From positions 186,001 to 250,000 of the forward strand of contig AP026153.1 of assembly GCA_030295235.1 (NCBI GenBank): a stretch of DNA of 64,000 bases, written 5' to 3'. Source of the stretch: Fistulifera solaris. Its lineage: Eukaryota. Under the pieces are notes generated by a model, which saw only the letters and a list, made by a program, of their open reading frames with translations, had not been told where the DNA came from and did no database searches. Below are positions 63,589-64,000 of this stretch, piece by piece. Positions within the stretch are counted from its first letter, which is position 1. Each line of letters begins with the position of its first letter. Made by a program: the position numbers and the translations under genes.

Positions 63589-64000
63589 CTATTCTTTCTC
63601 TTTCTTGTCGAGAATCACTTGGCCCGCTGCGATTCGAAAGGCCTTGCTATCGCCCGGCCGACGCGTCACTTTTCGCGATCGACGATCCAATTCTTCTACG
63701 GCCTGATCTAACGTTACACCTGCCTTGGCGGCTCGTGTCATGGCAAAGTACAAGACATCGGCTAATTCTTCCGCTACATGCTGAGATGTATCGGCTTCTG
63801 CCAATTCTTGCGCTTCTTCCACCAATTTGTCGCGCAGTAACTGCTCATCTTCAAACAATCGCTTCGTGTAGGATCCTTCCGGCGCCGAATGCATCCGTTC
63901 TTGCAGGGTCTCTTCGAGATGCCGCAGTCCTCGCGAAACACCCCAGCATGTGTACGTTTTCGAGGTGACAAAACGCGGGCGGTTTTGTGGTTTCACTCGT
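63589..64000 (-). CDS. Histidine biosynthesis HisIE-type protein, C-terminal phosphoribosyl-ATP pyrophosphohydrolase domain (partial, runs off the window)
   Basis: GSYTKRLF, KLVEEAQEL, ELADVLYF, RRPGDSK. Confidence 0.92.
   Translation of the reverse strand, partial: RVKPQNRPRFVTSKTYTCWGVSRGLRHLEETLQERMHSAPEGSYTKRLFEDEQLLRDKLVEEAQELAEADTSQHVAEELADVLYFAMTRAAKAGVTLDQAVEELDRRSRKVTRRPGDSKAFRIAAGQVILDKKEKE

Overview
Gene-dense eukaryotic nuclear DNA with short GT-AG introns and several ASAF-type bipartite plastid-targeting presequences, which points to a diatom. A pennate such as Fistulifera is my inference from recalling the repeated gene family; it is not verified. The window holds about 25 single-copy genes: eIF4A, TVP38/TMEM64, a GH5-like protein, 5'-nucleotidase, HSF, an LRR protein, TM9SF, MCM2, Vps60, a two-pore K+ channel, stromal processing peptidase, SDH3, TRAPPC2L, parvulin, a centrin-like protein, CblD/MMADHC, GCDH, a CS-domain protein, an F-box/ankyrin protein, TAD2, SLX9 and a HisIE 3' end. 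Two accessory blocks (39.9-47.6 kb and 54.6-63.2 kb) carry at least 8 copies or fragments of an uncharacterised ~550-600 aa degenerate-LRR-like family, and an alpha2delta-like VWA-Cache receptor sits inside the first block. Non-coding finds are a C/D box snoRNA in eIF4A intron 2 (snR39B/SNORD2-type guide, the same host-gene family as in vertebrates), a 242-bp hAT-type MITE with an 8-bp TSD, and a ~80-bp TIR element inserted in a pseudogene. Many conserved genes have single-base indels at homopolymers, most likely assembly errors, so pseudogene calls are made only where stops, truncation or insertions support them. All family assignments come from motif recognition; no searches were run.
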